Source: Lingula anatina (lineage: Eukaryota > Animalia > Brachiopoda). Taken from it: a stretch of 64,000 nt of DNA. The notes under the pieces were generated by a model, which worked only from the letters and a program-made list of their open reading frames with translations, made no database searches and was not told where the DNA came from. Positions 35,104-49,500 of this stretch are shown in pieces. Within the stretch, counting starts at the first letter, position 1, and each line of letters starts with the position of its first letter. The position numbers and the translations under genes are program-made. The DNA is taken from contig CM120640.1 in the NCBI GenBank assembly GCA_051362555.1, forward strand, positions 23,608,225-23,672,224, written 5' to 3'.

Positions 35104-35441
35104 AGGGATAATAACTCTTCGTTTTGGCCAAAAAATGAATTTTCCTGGAGTAAACAACAATTTTGCCATACTTACCAATGGTTAATGAATCCATTTTTAC
35201 ATTCAAAGTTAGTCCCTGTTTTTTTTCTAAAAAGTTTGTTTTTTTTTGTTAAAATCTCTTAAGAGATTATAACAGAGTATAGCCGTCAATGGAGGTCACG
35301 TGGTCTGAAGACCAGCTCAGATATCAGAATAATAGCTATAACTGCGTTTTTGTGGTAAAACAGAATATATTATATTTCTGTGAGTTATTCACAATGTTTT
35401 TATTGTGAAATATAAATCTCATACGAAGAGTTATTATCCCT
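35104..35441. mobile_element. Kolobok-like non-autonomous DNA transposon
   Basis: TIR AGGGATAATAACTCTTCGT...ACGAAGAGTTATTATCCCT flanked by TTAA/TTAA. Confidence 0.8.
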
Positions 35442-36325
35442 TTAAACTATACTAAAATAATGGATTTTGCTTCATAACAGAGGGAAAATGCATAAATTGG
35501 AGAACATTATATCTTCAGTAATAATTATCATGTCCACACTTATGTTTCAAATTTTTTTCATCCAAAAACAAGTCGACTTTAATAACACGAGAAACCACTT
35601 TTTTTTTCACGCCACCAAAATAGTTCTGTACTTTTTAAGTCTTAGATATCAGGCTGTCTTTCACTCCTAAATCTATGCCTCATATCTCTTTTATAACATT
35701 TTCTTAAAATTAACTTGAATGCAGGAACGTTCTATATCACAGTTTGAGAACTGATATGGAGTCAAGAAAAATGTTAAATAGAGTGAGAGTTGACAGCTCA
35801 TTCACAGCAGAACATTACAGGCACAAATGGAATAATGGCGCCCCGATGGCGCCCTCGTGCATATTTTGTCTTTAGTTGCCCTTTACTAAAATAAGTTATC
35901 TTTCATCTGACAAAAACATTGAATAAATATAACTGGATGATAAGACGAAAGTTCGAAGAGAAAAAGACAAGCTTTCACTGTTTCTTCGTGGGCTCAAGTC
36001 TTACACATTTAGTCGAAATGAATTTGTATTTGATATTTTATATCCTTACTCGAAAGCATCAGTGTTATACCTAGGTCATGTAACCGATCACTCTCTATAA
36101 CCACTTTCATTACCTCAGGTATATATATTTCCACGTGCTCCACTACCCGCATTATACTTGTATATGTAGTTAAATGGCGTTTAATAGTGAATTGCTGCCT
36201 AATCTTTCTTTACGAATAAAGGTTGCCAAAAGAAAAAAAACCGAAGGCTTCAAAGCGTATAATTCGGTGCTGCGTGTTTATAAAAGGCAACACGGCAATT
36301 ACAAAGTTATTACGTCTAAACTTTT

Positions 36326-36594
36326 GAGAGCCAGAGGCACTGCCGTCACGAAATCATCAAAACAAAAATCACAGTAAATTAAACTTTATTCATATCTCAT
36401 TGAAGATGCGAGACCGGCGAGTTGAAAATCGCCAATCACCGAGTATAATGACAGATCACGAAGGACAAGGAATAAAAAGCCGCATTCACGAGCCACGAGT
36501 TGCTTCACGGATCACGTTAGATAATATGTTTCACGCATATCGGGAAGTAACGAGTGTCTTTCACGGGTAACGAAAAATACCCACTGGGAGCCTC
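36326..36594. mobile_element. Degenerate DNA-transposon remnant with TCACG/TAACG subrepeats (Sola2-like ends)
   Basis: About 10 TCACG-type motifs; GAG...CCCACTGGGAGCCTC ends; TTTT on both flanks. Confidence 0.35.
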
Positions 36595-37171
36595 TTTTGT
36601 CAAGTGTTAATTTTGTTGAATCGTAATGGCAGGTTTTTTGAAGGATTTTAATCTAAATTGTGGGGCGTTTTTTTTTTTTTCTCAAACATTTGTTCAGTGG
36701 AATCTTGCACGTAGGCCTACTTAAAGCCAAGTGGTGAAGGCGAGGAAGTGTTTTGGTAAAAAAAGTATGTGTGTGTCTATACCTTTTAATGTACTACAGA
36801 CATCAGCTCTACTGTGATGCCTAAAGAAATCTCACGCAGGAACCTACGCACTAGCTATAATTAAAAAATTAATAAATAATAATAAAACAATGAAAATATT
36901 ACAAATTTCAAAAACACACAGGCCAACACAACGCAAACGAACACAGAAACTTAATATTGTTTGCACGAATTTCATCTCGCGTCAAAACAGTTCATCCTGG
37001 GGATTTGATTTTTTTAGGCCTACACAGTGGTGTTTTTACTCAACTTAAAAAAAGGGCATGAACTCTGGAACATAATGCTTATAAAATAACGGATAATCAT
37101 ATTCAATGATTTTGAACCAACGTGTCCTACACTCACCTGTTAATGTACATTACATTAAGAGGCATCTCACG

Positions 37172-37337
37172 TAAGCCCATACCCAGTCATTTCAAGGGGG
37201 GGGGGGGGGGGGGTGAAAAAGTGGACCTTTAACCATGAAACCTTCGTGTGAATGGATCAAGTTTTACCCAGAGTAGACCTTTTTTCCAGCTAAAAGGACG
37301 GTTCGTTCGACCCCCCACCCCCAATGCTACAGGCCTG
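37172..37337. mobile_element. hAT-like MITE, copy 1 (5-bp TSD TCACG)
   Basis: Reverse-complement homologue of 59603-59767 (shared TTTTACCCAGAGT.GACCTTTTT.CCAGC); ends in AGGCCTG. Confidence 0.7.
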
Positions 37338-37519
37338 TCACGTAATAGACGACAACTTTAAAAGTAAACACACGTTTTAAAAGTATATGTTGGAGTCCAA
37401 GTGCATTATGGAATTTTATCACTTTGTATTGGAAAAAGATGGCATCGTTGGATATTAATTTAGATTCTATCTATTTTGTTAAAAATGCACGTTGGCTTTA
37501 CACATGAGAAAAATATCCA

Positions 37520-37521
<2 letters not shown>

Positions 37522-37560
<39 letters not shown>
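37522..37560. repeat. (GT)n(GC)n microsatellite
   Basis: Direct reading. Confidence 0.9.
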
Positions 37561-38529
37561 AGTGATCGAATGAAAATAAGGAAAACATAAGAACTGCGCA
37601 TTGCGCTAGTAATGCCCGTTGCGACGCGATGTGCCGAAGAAAAGATTCGCACCTGCTGCAACAGTGAAAATAGTTCCAAGTTATATTCTTGCGAGATTTT
37701 GATAACATGAACATTAACAATCAAATCACAAGAAACACAATATTCCATAACTGAACAATAGTATCGATATATAAGCAAAACTGTGCAGTGCAGTGCAAGC
37801 AATTTTTATTATTTACTCAACTGATTATTAGAGTGATTTTTTGGGAAAGTGGAAGGTGAAAATGTTGTGCGGCCTCACCTGTGACGCTAAATGTTAGTAT
37901 TAAATTTTATCATAGAAGTATGATTTTATGCCCTTGACCATTCAAAAAAATTACAAGAAATAACCATTTTCAAGAGGTTGGCAAGTACGTTCATACTGTC
38001 AGTTAAGTGGAACTTAATGATGTTAAGAAATCACCCTGAGTTTCACAGTCCTTGTCTAATTCAATCTTGATTACTTTCATTGATCACACTATAGTATATC
38101 GGATATCAATAGTGGCAATACTAAGTTACAAGACCTGAACTACTACAATAATAGGGAGTCTAAAATCAAGGTTCCCTTAGTGGATCAAAAAAGGTTGCCA
38201 ATGTACGAAATCCGTTGCTGTTGTATTCATATTGTAGAGCGACCTGCCATTATACTTTGCCTCTGGATGCTGCTCACTCTTGAAAGCACTAGTACTAGAT
38301 GTGAAACATGTTCACTTCAAGTTCAGGTGAGTCTTGTTCTTGTGGGTAGATTTTATACTTTGTGTTACTACTTAATGATGATATATTAGTACTGACCAGC
38401 ACTTGATACAGATGCACTTGAAATGTAAGGACAGTTGACTGCCTTGCCCCTGTGAACAAAGGCGTGTAGTTGGTCAATTCCGTAAATTAATTTTACATAA
38501 TTTTTCATTATATTATTATTTTATTTCAG

Positions 38530-38874
38530 AGAACATTTCATTGCAACTGAAAGTATGACTTGCTCCCAGGGAAGGGAGTCTGCAGTACCTAAAACAATGC
38601 TGCCCAATGCTAAGATTTGATTGTGTGATTTCAGATGTGAAAGAACAGGAGCCCAGATACATTTTTTTGTTTAATTTAGCAAGGTGGTAACCAGCAAATG
38701 ATATCACTGCCCAGGGGACAACCCACACACACTCTTCAAACCTCCATCACCTGTTCTCAAAACAGTAATGTTGTTTGGGTCTTTCAAGAAACTATGTCAA
38801 CTCTGCCCTGTCGTACCCTTAGTTTCACAGGTCACTTGCCTGTGAAAACCACTGGGGCAAACTGTGGTAGAGAG
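38530..38874 (+). other. Candidate early exon of an unidentified + strand gene (ORF from ATG 38698 or 38794 open to the donor)
   Basis: TTTTATTTCAG acceptor at 38529, GAG|GTAAGT donor at 38875, upstream donor CAG|GTGAGT at 38327; located at the CpG-rich to CpG-poor boundary. Confidence 0.4.
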
Positions 38875-40684
38875 GTAAGTTTTTAGTCACCTTACTCAGG
38901 GTGGCAGTACCTATAAAAACTATTGAAAAAAAGTTTCCATGAAGATGAAGGGACATACTCTAGGTGCTGATATCTTCTCTGTAGTATTCAACATTCATGA
39001 AGAACATAGGGATAGATCTCAGCAATTACTCTTCAATAGGTTATCAAAATCTCTTTACTGATGTCTTGGATAATTAAAAAAATAAATAAATAAATTGGTG
39101 TACATTTTAAGGTATAAAAATACAAGTTGATATTTACAAGGTTTATATTAAAAATGTTATCCTGCCTTTGTAGTGCAAAAATAGTGAAATTTGCAGTAAA
39201 AAAAAATAAAAAAAAACTTAATTTGTATAATTTCTATGTGATGATATCTATGATTTAAGTTAGATTTCTTCAAGCTCCGTAGCCCTTTTAAGGTTGTAGC
39301 ATTGCATTTACTGAAATGAGCCATTGGACTTATCTTGATTGCAGGCCCAACAAAATATCTTGCTACTTTTTAAGTATCCCGATCTAGGGTTGTGTTGTAC
39401 AGCCAAGGGCAAATACACAACACAAATATTACACCCATAAGATAATACAGATGCCTGGCTCTCTTTAAATGGAAATGCCCCCTGTTAAGACTTTGAGAAA
39501 TATAAGAAGAAGTGAGTGGTGTGATAGATTCTTAAAGTAATGGTAATCTTTTGGATTATTCATGCATGCTATTGATTGATAGCTTGCCTTATGCTCCTGT
39601 CCTTGTCTACCTATTGGCATTGATCCTGGCAGTATCTGCAAGTGCCTCTGCAATATGGATGGATGGGCCTAATGTACTTAACCAGCTTTATTTGGGGCTC
39701 TTCTTTCCATTAATTAACAATAATGTTGAAATATTGATAGAGGAATAAGGGCGTTGTGGTCCGATCTGCATCCCCCCTTGCTCTCTGTTGTCTGGTTCTG
39801 TTTGGCATTGTGTTAATCATCAACACAAATTTGGCTCATTTGATTAGGAATTGGTTTGGTTTGGAGAGTCACTGATGAAGCCGGGAATGCACACACTGCT
39901 GTAGAAGTTCATGTAGGTATTAGAAGTGTGGTATGGGTGTGCTGCGTGTGCGATGAACCAAAAGATAAAATACTTACGTACACTTATTGTCAGCCATGTT
40001 TTGTAATTTTCATTTTTTTTGAAAGGTAGGAGGAAAAACATACAGATTGAACAGTACTTAAAGTATAATTAACTAATGAAGAAAGAACTGCAGATTATTA
40101 AAACAACAGAAGTATGGCAAGACTTATAGATGAGGCATAAAGTAGGTACATTTTTACATTCAACTTGTAAGCTTTTTTTATGAGCTGGGTAATTATTCAG
40201 TTAAAGAAGGCATAGTCAAACAGTATATGTTTTTTGTGGATGTATTACTTAGGTAAAAAGCACAGCTTTTGATACAAATAGTTTATGTGATATATAACAT
40301 GCCCATGGCATTAATCATACTAGCCTTTTTCGTGCTGACAAGTACAGCATATAGGTATTTGGCACTAATGCCATCATACTAATATGTCTTGGATTTATGT
40401 ATAGCACACTCGGAATTTGTTTACAAATATCATGAATGTGAAGATTTGCCAGCTCATTTAACAGTGTCTTTGTATTTTTTATTTTCATTTTATTTTTGAT
40501 AAGGGCAGTGCTAGTAATTTTCTTTTCTTCCCGCCTGAAAGATAATAGGGTGGTGTTATTTTTCACCAGTGTTGCTACTCATCATTCTTTATTATAAAGA
40601 AAATTCATGTTTTTAAAGAAATACTGAAGTGAAGAAATGACAAGAAATTCTGCAGAATTGGAGCTTTTGGCCTTGTTAATGAAT

Positions 40685-40692
40685 CACACACG

Positions 40693-40769
<77 letters not shown>
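40685..40769. repeat. Compound (CA)n(GA)n microsatellite
   Basis: Direct reading. Confidence 0.9.
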
Positions 40770-40772
<3 letters not shown>

Positions 40773-41777
40773 CACTGGTTGGATTTTAGATCCAGCTGTA
40801 GTCTTTGCCTTTAAGGTCAAAATTTCTCACAGACTTCTATTTCCCTGTATCTGATTAGGTTGTGTTTTAATGACCCTTTCATTGATTCCAAAAGGCCTGA
40901 TGTGGCATTATAGACCATGTTGTCTGAAATAAGATAATGGCCTAGATAGATTTCCTTTAATTTTTTTTCTCTCTGTGTTGTGAGTAACTTCAGCAGAAGC
41001 CAACAACAGTTGGAGCATTTTGGTTTTACTACTACTGCAATATAAATATATAGCTTATTGCACTTTTGAGATAAATCTGCAAAAATTAAAAAAAATTAAA
41101 ATCGGTACCAAATGCAACCTCTGATTATGATAGACACGACAGATCCTCTCACCTGCAAAACAATTTATGACAATCACAGATACAGTTTCAGATCATACAC
41201 TGAACTTATTCATCTCATTCTTGTTATATTTAGTCTGATTGATATTTGTGGTTATAACCACAAATTGCTGATTTCTTTTCGTAAATACACAGGGGCATTC
41301 TTTACTCAGTTGATATGTGCTTTTGGTGTACATGAAGAAAGATATATGCACTGTCATAATTTTTGCCTTCAAAACTCCAAGTATGAGATCATATCCATTT
41401 ACACTGTTAAGAAATCTTGGTTATGGGGTATTTCTTCCCGTCCTAAGTGGGAATTGAAGTGAATTTGAGGTGATTAGTGGCGACTTGATTACAATTAGAG
41501 GCAGTCTAAGACTAGTGTAAGTGCCCATCAAATATGAAGTGACAGGATTTACAAAGCAGAAATGGCATTGATGTCATTGATTTTTTTCTTCCTTCTGTTT
41601 GCTGTGTCTAGGATGATTTAAGGTTTAATATCTGTAGTCCTGTGAGTTCTTTCAATCTTTGTTTGGTGGAGGATTCTTGTGTGGTTAGTTTTCTCCTGTA
41701 TATGAAAAGCGCCCATCTGCTTAGGATTGTTTACGACATTAAACCTGGATAATCAAGGTCAAGGAAGAACATTAATT

Positions 41778-41955
41778 TATTACCTCCGCAAAGGAGATAT
41801 GGTTTTGCTATTGTTTGTTAGTTAACATTCTTACTCACAATGTTATGGTGGAACTAAAAATTGATATTAGGTTTTGGTGTTGATTCATTGATGAATTAAC
41901 GTATAATGAGAATTGGGCTGCCATTGCAGAGGCTTGCCCTATTGGAGTGCTTTTC
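41778..41955 (+). mobile_element. Non-autonomous Helentron-like (HINE) element remnant
   Basis: ATTACCTCCGCAAAGGAGATATG.TTTT 5' end and TTGCAGAGG...GAGTGCTTT 3' end resemble a widespread non-autonomous Helitron2-type repeat. Confidence 0.45.
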
Positions 41956-41995
41956 CATATATTTGCTGATTTCTTTTTATTTTTGATTATCCAGG

Positions 41996-41999
<4 letters not shown>

Positions 42000-42071
<72 letters not shown>
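42000..42071. repeat. (TA)n microsatellite
   Basis: Direct reading. Confidence 0.9.
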
Positions 42072-43118
42072 TAGGCCAGTGGATCTAATTCTCTGTCATA
42101 AACGGACCAGTAAAACCATTGTCATTTATTATTACATTGTGATTCTGTGTTTAGTTCTTTATTCAGAAATTTAAAAAGGCGGGAGGGAATGATTAGCAGA
42201 TTATTTTTATGTTATTTATGGGTTTTGATCACAATCACAACACATGGCACAGAGTGATATTGTTGGAAATCTTCGTTTGAGAAAAGATGGCATTAAATCA
42301 ACACTTTGAAAATACTTCATTAACACTATCTCATCACATGCCATAGACTGTGAAAAATGAAAATTTACAGCTGAAGTCAATTTCAAACATCTAGTTTTTT
42401 TGGAAGAATTGATTTTGCTTCTATCAAGTGCCATGCTTTTTTGACAAGGAAGTTATCAGTAGAACAAAAATGTGTTAGTGTCTGATTACAAGAGAAAATT
42501 TTATTTTCTGAACCTCTACTGGGAAATTTTGAAATAATATTTATGCCAGGATGGTAGATATAAGGATTAACTTTTGATACGTAAACTGACTTACAGCTGT
42601 CATGTTGCATTTTTGGAAATTTTCATTAGTTTGTACTATTGGGACAGAGCACAAGTGCCATGAGATTTGTCTGAATTGTTGTATAGCCAGAAATGTATTG
42701 CAGAAGGATAATCAGAATTCTGTTGAAGAATAATAGCAATTTATTACTCTGTTTCTAGTGATGTGATTATTTACAAGATGTTAACGCACCATTGATGTAC
42801 TAGTATGGTGACGGTCCTTGTGGTAATTTTCAAAAACATTTCTTTCAGACAAAAGTCTTATCTTGAACCCCTCAAAATTCACTTTTTAAAACTTTCAGTT
42901 GATCATTTCTATGATTACTAACAGAACATTGTTTTCAGAATTTGATGAGTAGATACTGTGAAATTGTTAAGTGTGGTTGAATAGTGGATTTTAAGGTATT
43001 CCATTTAAAATCATTTATATTTTTGATGACTCGTTAACAGTAACATTATTTCTCTCTAGTATTTTCGGTAATGTTATTTTCTCTCTAGTATTTTCCTCAT
43101 TCTCTACATCTGTAGGCC

Positions 43119-43550
43119 TAGGGACCATTCCCAGACCTTATCGTACTAACTGTGGATCGATCTCTCTTCTAGGGGATTCTCACTAAATTGCAATCAACTT
43201 AAGCTGCTTAGATGTCTGTCAAGCCTATTGAAGCTGCTAGGGTGTAATTAATTATCTTGTAGCAGCTTCAGTAGGCGTGCCAGACATCTAAGCTGCTTAA
43301 GCTGACCCTATCGTACTAACTGTGGATCGATCTCTCTTCTAGGGGATTCTCACTAAATTGCAATCAACTGAAGCTGCTTAGATGTCTGTCAAGCCTATTG
43401 AAGCTGCTAGGGTGTAATTAATTATCGTGTAGCAGCTTCAGTAGGCATGCCAGACATCTAAGCTGCTTAAGCTGAAAGCAATTTAGCGAGAAACCCCTTG
43501 GAGATGGATCAATCCTGTTAGATTGATCTAGGTATGGGAACCCAGTCCTA
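43119..43550. mobile_element. Foldback MITE family copy 2, with an internal 170-bp tandem duplication
   Basis: Same termini as 26790-27040; 43134-43303 is repeated at 43304-43473. Confidence 0.8.
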
Positions 43551-46500
43551 GACACTTGTTAGACACTGAAATTTTGGAGTGGAAATTTGGAAAAACTTGT
43601 TTGGAGAAACTCTGTTTTTAACTTGGAAATACTAGTAACATACTAACGACTCAAATGTTATTTTAATATATTTAATTTTTGTTGATTAATCTTTTGGTAT
43701 TTCAAGAAATATCAAGCCCTAGGTTTAATAACAGCAAAGAATGCTATTTTCTAGGAAAGATCCAGTCCCTGTGAAATAGCAGAGCACAAAGGATATTTCC
43801 TGTGAAAGGAAAGCATTATTTTCACTGTTTGTGGTGTGCTTTAGAGAATGTTGGATCATTTCCGCTGGATCTTTTGTAGATCAAGGAATTATCCCATCGA
43901 GATGACAATCATCTTTTCCTTCCAGCATTTTCTGGTCGACCAAGAGAATAAAAATCAATGAGAATTGAAGCAGTCATATTTACAGATGCAATGAACCTCA
44001 CTGTAATGTAGTGATAATTTGAAGCATAGTATATGTGAATGTTTATTAAAAGTGTTAAGTCTGGGACCATGCGTGAAAAGTGTGTAAAACACATTCTATC
44101 ACTTCAGCTGTATTTTTCTGAATAATTTATCAATTTATAAACAACTCGTTGCAATTTATCAATCAGTATAATATTATTTCTCATTAATTTGTTTGTGATA
44201 ACTGCATTTATCAGTCCTTAATGGATCATTGATGCTTTTTCCTATAGTGACTGCACATGAGAAACATATGAAAATGTGCTGTAAGTGAGTCACCTTGGCA
44301 TCCAGGTAACATTGTGTGTTTTTTTGGACTAAATAGTGTATATTGTATATTACTTTATTATTGGGTATGTTTACTGCCTGAGAACAATAGGCTTTTATGC
44401 GAAATTCTAATTTGGTTAATGACATTGTTCAATTTCTGCTAAGCAGAATGTTTTCTTTTTCTGGTTTGCAGGCAGATTTAACAGGTGATTGATGTGATAT
44501 ATAATGTAAAATCATGTTAAATGTATTTGTTTTTGCCAATTGCCTTTTCCTTTAGAATCGAATGTTCTAAAATAGAAAAGCAAATTGAAATAAGCACTTG
44601 ATTAATTATCAAATACCAGTTAATCACACTATAATTATGCAAAAAAAAAAAAAAAATTAGAATATTACTGAGCACATTCAGCCAAGAATTCATTATTAGT
44701 TACCATGTATGTGTGCAAACATATACAAGGTGCTTTGACCGGGATGATCTTTGCTTGCTCTGCGAGTTGTGTATTAGCCAGCTCCAAACACTTAAACAGA
44801 GAACAATCAGCCGGGATCTGATAGAGGGTATTGATTTTAAAAAGCAGGCTATTGCCTTGATGATCTTATGTGCTGTTGGATTTAGAAAAAAAGAGTTTCA
44901 GGCTAAAAGCATTTTTTGGACAATTGTGGCTCGGGAATTGCATATTTGTGCTGACTAGAAAACATTAATGTAGACATCTCATTGCCATATGGGTGCTGGA
45001 AAGAGATAGGACACACCATGGAGAAGCATGGGATTTCTGTAAGTTGTTAAGTTTTAGAGACTAAGAGGATTATTAATAACAAAATATATATGTGCTGAGG
45101 TATGGTAAAAGGGCAATTACTTTTTTTATTGCTTGGAATTTTGGTAACAATCCCAAGCTGATTATGGAGTTGACATATGCTAGAAGAAATAGACTAGGAG
45201 ATGTATAAAAAATTTAAGAAATTGTTTAAGATTGTTACCTCTTTTTTTCAAATAGCAGGATATTTAAGTGTTGACAATTTTTATTGCTCAGAGATACAGA
45301 TAATTAGGAGAGAAGAGAGTTGATATATTTGAGATGAAGGATACCAAGAAAAGTACAGAAAGTTTTTATAGAAATTGTTCAACTAAATAACCTCTCTTTT
45401 TTGGAATAAAAATGCATTTATAAAAATTATGTCAGAATTTAAACTCATATTGAGTAAGTTCGGCAAAAATAATCTCTTGGGCCATATGCACCCTTGTGAA
45501 TTGCTACTAGATATAAGTGTGTAGCTTGTAGAATATTAGTAGTCCATTGTGCTTCATTGACTGGTTAAATTACATTTAAAGTATCACGCAATTTCCACAT
45601 CCAGTCTCCGAACTGTAACATTGTGCCATTATAATGCACATTAATTTGTCATCTTTTGTAAAGACCTAATGGTGTGTGGCATGTGGAATTGATTCACTGG
45701 CATCTCTCTAGATGTAGCACTGCTGGACTTAACAGATTGCTTTACATTTAGACAAAACTACGACGGGGATTGATTGATTTTGCAAATGGTCAGTAAAAGG
45801 GACGATAAGGATAAGCAGAATGGTATTTGTCTTTTGGTTGGTCTTATTATCAGTAACTTTTTTGGCAAAGTACATATCAGTGTAAATACATAATGGCAAC
45901 TAGATTTTATTTTCAAAGATGAACACCGTTACCAGAGCATTACTTGCTGACTTTATCTTCAGATATTTTTTATGACAGAAATGTCATATTTGACATTAAA
46001 AGGATCAGAAAGGGACATGGACAGCATGCTATTGATACAATTGTTCTCTGTTTTTAGAAGATTGGAATTTGAATAGCTTGCCATTCTCAATGGATTAATA
46101 ACTGTCATTGTGGTAATCCTTCTTGGGGTGGCTGCATCGATTTCAATACTAGAAATGTGATAAAACACAGAAAAGAATTCCCGGCAGATGGGTTGAGGGC
46201 TAATCAAAGACTCGTCTACACATCAGGGCTGCAAATTGTGTGGCCGCAAAATGGGGGACTCACAGACAGATGTCTAATTCTTAGAATGATCAACAGAAAA
46301 GACACATTTTTTTGCTTTTTTGGACGACTTTTATTATCAAGTTAACTGCATGCATGCTGCAGTAAGTGCTTCTAGGTGTCTATCATAAATCCAACTAACC
46401 CAAGTTTTTTTTATTGCAGATTATATTTCCTGTTGCTGAAATCCCAAATGTATTTTTGATTTTAGAACCATGAATAATGATTTAGATGGCTAGCAATTGT

Positions 46501-49500
46501 ACTGGAATATTGGCTATATTAGGAGACTGAAGAAATAGAAAATGGAAAATGATATTTCTCTAACTTTTTGGTGATAAAAAGTAAATGACAACAGTTAATG
46601 ATATCCATTGTTTAGTATAGTTCAGTGATGTGTATTTGTGGCATTTCTCTTCTTTTTTATATGCTTCTTGTTCTAATATGCTGAGTCTTCGCATGTTAAT
46701 GAATAAATATTTTTCAATGCATTTCTTTCTGATTTTGTCACCCACATTATTTTGCATTTTTGAAAGCAAAGATTTTTAAAAAATACATTGAAAATTCCTG
46801 TTAGATGTTCATTTACACACACCAAGGACAGCATTAGCAATCAATTATATATCGTTTTAAAAGCATTAATGTGGTGTTGATAACATTAGATAATTATAGA
46901 TTACATTACATTGCATTTATTTGAAATCAAAACCTAAAAACAAATATTTATGTATCATATATCCCCAAATTTGACTTAATTGATTTATAAATGAAAAATT
47001 TGCAACTCCATCCCCCGAACTGGATAAGGTTTAGGCTGACAGTTTTTGTAATTAGGTGTCTAGATAAGTTGGTCTGAACTTTGACTATCTACCCTTGAGA
47101 AATTAATACTCACAGCATTAAATTTTCATGGACAAGCCTTAGTCTGTTGGCTGTATGTTCAGAGTCAAACAGAATTGCTAGGTGTTATACTTCACCTTTG
47201 GGAAATTTCAAACTACAGTACAATATATACTTTTAGTATGGGATAGGATTATGATTTGAATCATTTTGAATAATGAATACCATGACCAGTGGGACATGTG
47301 GCTGAAAATTGTGAATTTGCCCACAGGAGGTTGCAGATAACAAGTATGATGGAAATATGGTAAAGAATGAAGCAATTGATTTTGGGTAGTAAATTGAAAA
47401 AAGAAAAATGAATGAAAGAATACATGATCTGGGAAGTGGTATTCAGCTCTCAATAAGACCACACTAGTCAGTAGAGGACAGAGTGAATGTGTGCGGCTGG
47501 GCCCTGGGAGTGTCTGGAGACCACAAGCACAATCTCAACTACTACATGCTGGGTATTTAATCTAAAGAGGTTACTAGTACTTTTTAATATAAAATTAAGA
47601 AATTGAGATACATATGTTGGTCCGATATGTTCTCTTTACACTAGTGGGCACTTAATACTATATGTCCCCTATGTCTATGTGCATGGTTCTTTATGTAAGT
47701 TCTTTTGTATCTGTTGTGAAGTTTTTTTTTTTTTGAAAGTGGTTACTTTTCAACATTGTGCCATTATTTTCATTTATAGTCACCTACATTACTGACATAT
47801 CTTGTACCCATTAACTCACTCAGTATAATGGGTTTCTCAGTTCCATTATTAATAGTAATTAGTCGCCTTGATGAAAAACTATTGAGTGTTTGTCTAGATG
47901 AGTGGAGAGCATGTGAAGTGCTGTCCCCTGAGAGCACTGGTAAAACAGCATCACTTCCTCGATGCCTGGGAATGGAATCCAATACATACATGCACGTGCA
48001 CACACACACACACACACACGTGCGTGCATACACCACACCAATACTCTCTCTTACTTACACTTGTGCATCATTAGAGCTTTTCAGCATAATATTTAAATAC
48101 CCAAATAAAAACTTAGTGGAGTTTTTTTTTTTTTTTAATTCCTCTTATCTGGTCAGCTTGCATGTATCAGTACAAGGTCCAAAATAATATGGGGAAAATA
48201 GTTAAATAGAAAAATTGTTAACATTTTAATTTTAAATTTGAATCTGGCAGATTGCTCCTTCATGTAGAATTTTGACCTGGGTGATACAATTCTTGGCATT
48301 ACAGTTAAACCTAAGGTAGGTGTTTCCCTGGGGAAATAATTAGAAAAGCCTTTCCCAAAACCTTTTCTTAGCTGCCATGTATTGCAGCTTATTGTATATA
48401 GAAGCAGATGTCCGTGTCACTGTCCTGAAAATCAAGGAGTATTGAAACTCTTTGTGATAATCAAAATTATAGATTAATGACCACATGGTGAGCTTGTACA
48501 TGTGATGTTACCATGTTATAGTTGTCATACCATGTTTCAATGGGCGGGGCTACAACAGGCCACTGTGCACGTCATTGTTATCATAAGCTTCACAGCATAT
48601 CAGTAAACCGTTTCCTTCAGTTTTGATGGAAGTGAAGAGAATAATGTTATGCTCTTGCTATGTTGTTGAATCATCACATGATTGGTTCATAATATGTCAT
48701 ATATATTTTTAAGCATACTATCCCTAATGACAGAGCTACACCCATTTGCAAGAAGTGAGGTGAATTTTATATGAAAAACAGTTTTTTTTTCAAGGAGGAG
48801 GGGGGAGTTTTGTGATTTTATGCCAAATGTGGCCTCAAAGGATGGGTGTGGGTGTGGTGCGTACGTGTGCATGTGTGTATGTGGGAGAGAGAGAGGAGGG
48901 TAAGGTTTTGCAAATGAAATTGTACATTAAGAGAATTAATTATGGCAAAATGTTCATTCTCTTAATATGATTGAATTATTAGTTTGTCAGTGAGAGATGT
49001 ATTCGCAAGTGGACCCCTTGGGAGGGGGTTTATCTCAGCTATAGATAAATTTGTTCATTGATGCATGGTTCAACATGGAAAAATGAAACCTTCATTGCAT
49101 AATCTTACTTTTAATATTTGTCAGGGGAATTGAGGATTTTCCTCTTGACTTACCAGGTGAATAACCATCTATCCTATATAAGGTATCTGGATTGAAATTG
49201 TTCTTAGTCAGATATGGCTCAGCTGCACATATAGTGAAAGTTGTATGGTAGGATGACTTCTTTTATCCCCATGATAAAAAAATAAATCTAATAGAACAAT
49301 TAAAAATTCTGTTGGCAAAGAGCTATCATAATGTTCTCGTATATAATTATATGGATTTTTATATAATTATATGGAAGGTGTGTTCACACAGCTGTTACTG
49401 TACAAATTACCCAATTGCTTTGCACTAAAACTTTTATTAAACACCAGCAATTAGCAGACATTGATCGTAATTGGCTTGATCCACAGACAGATGGCACACT

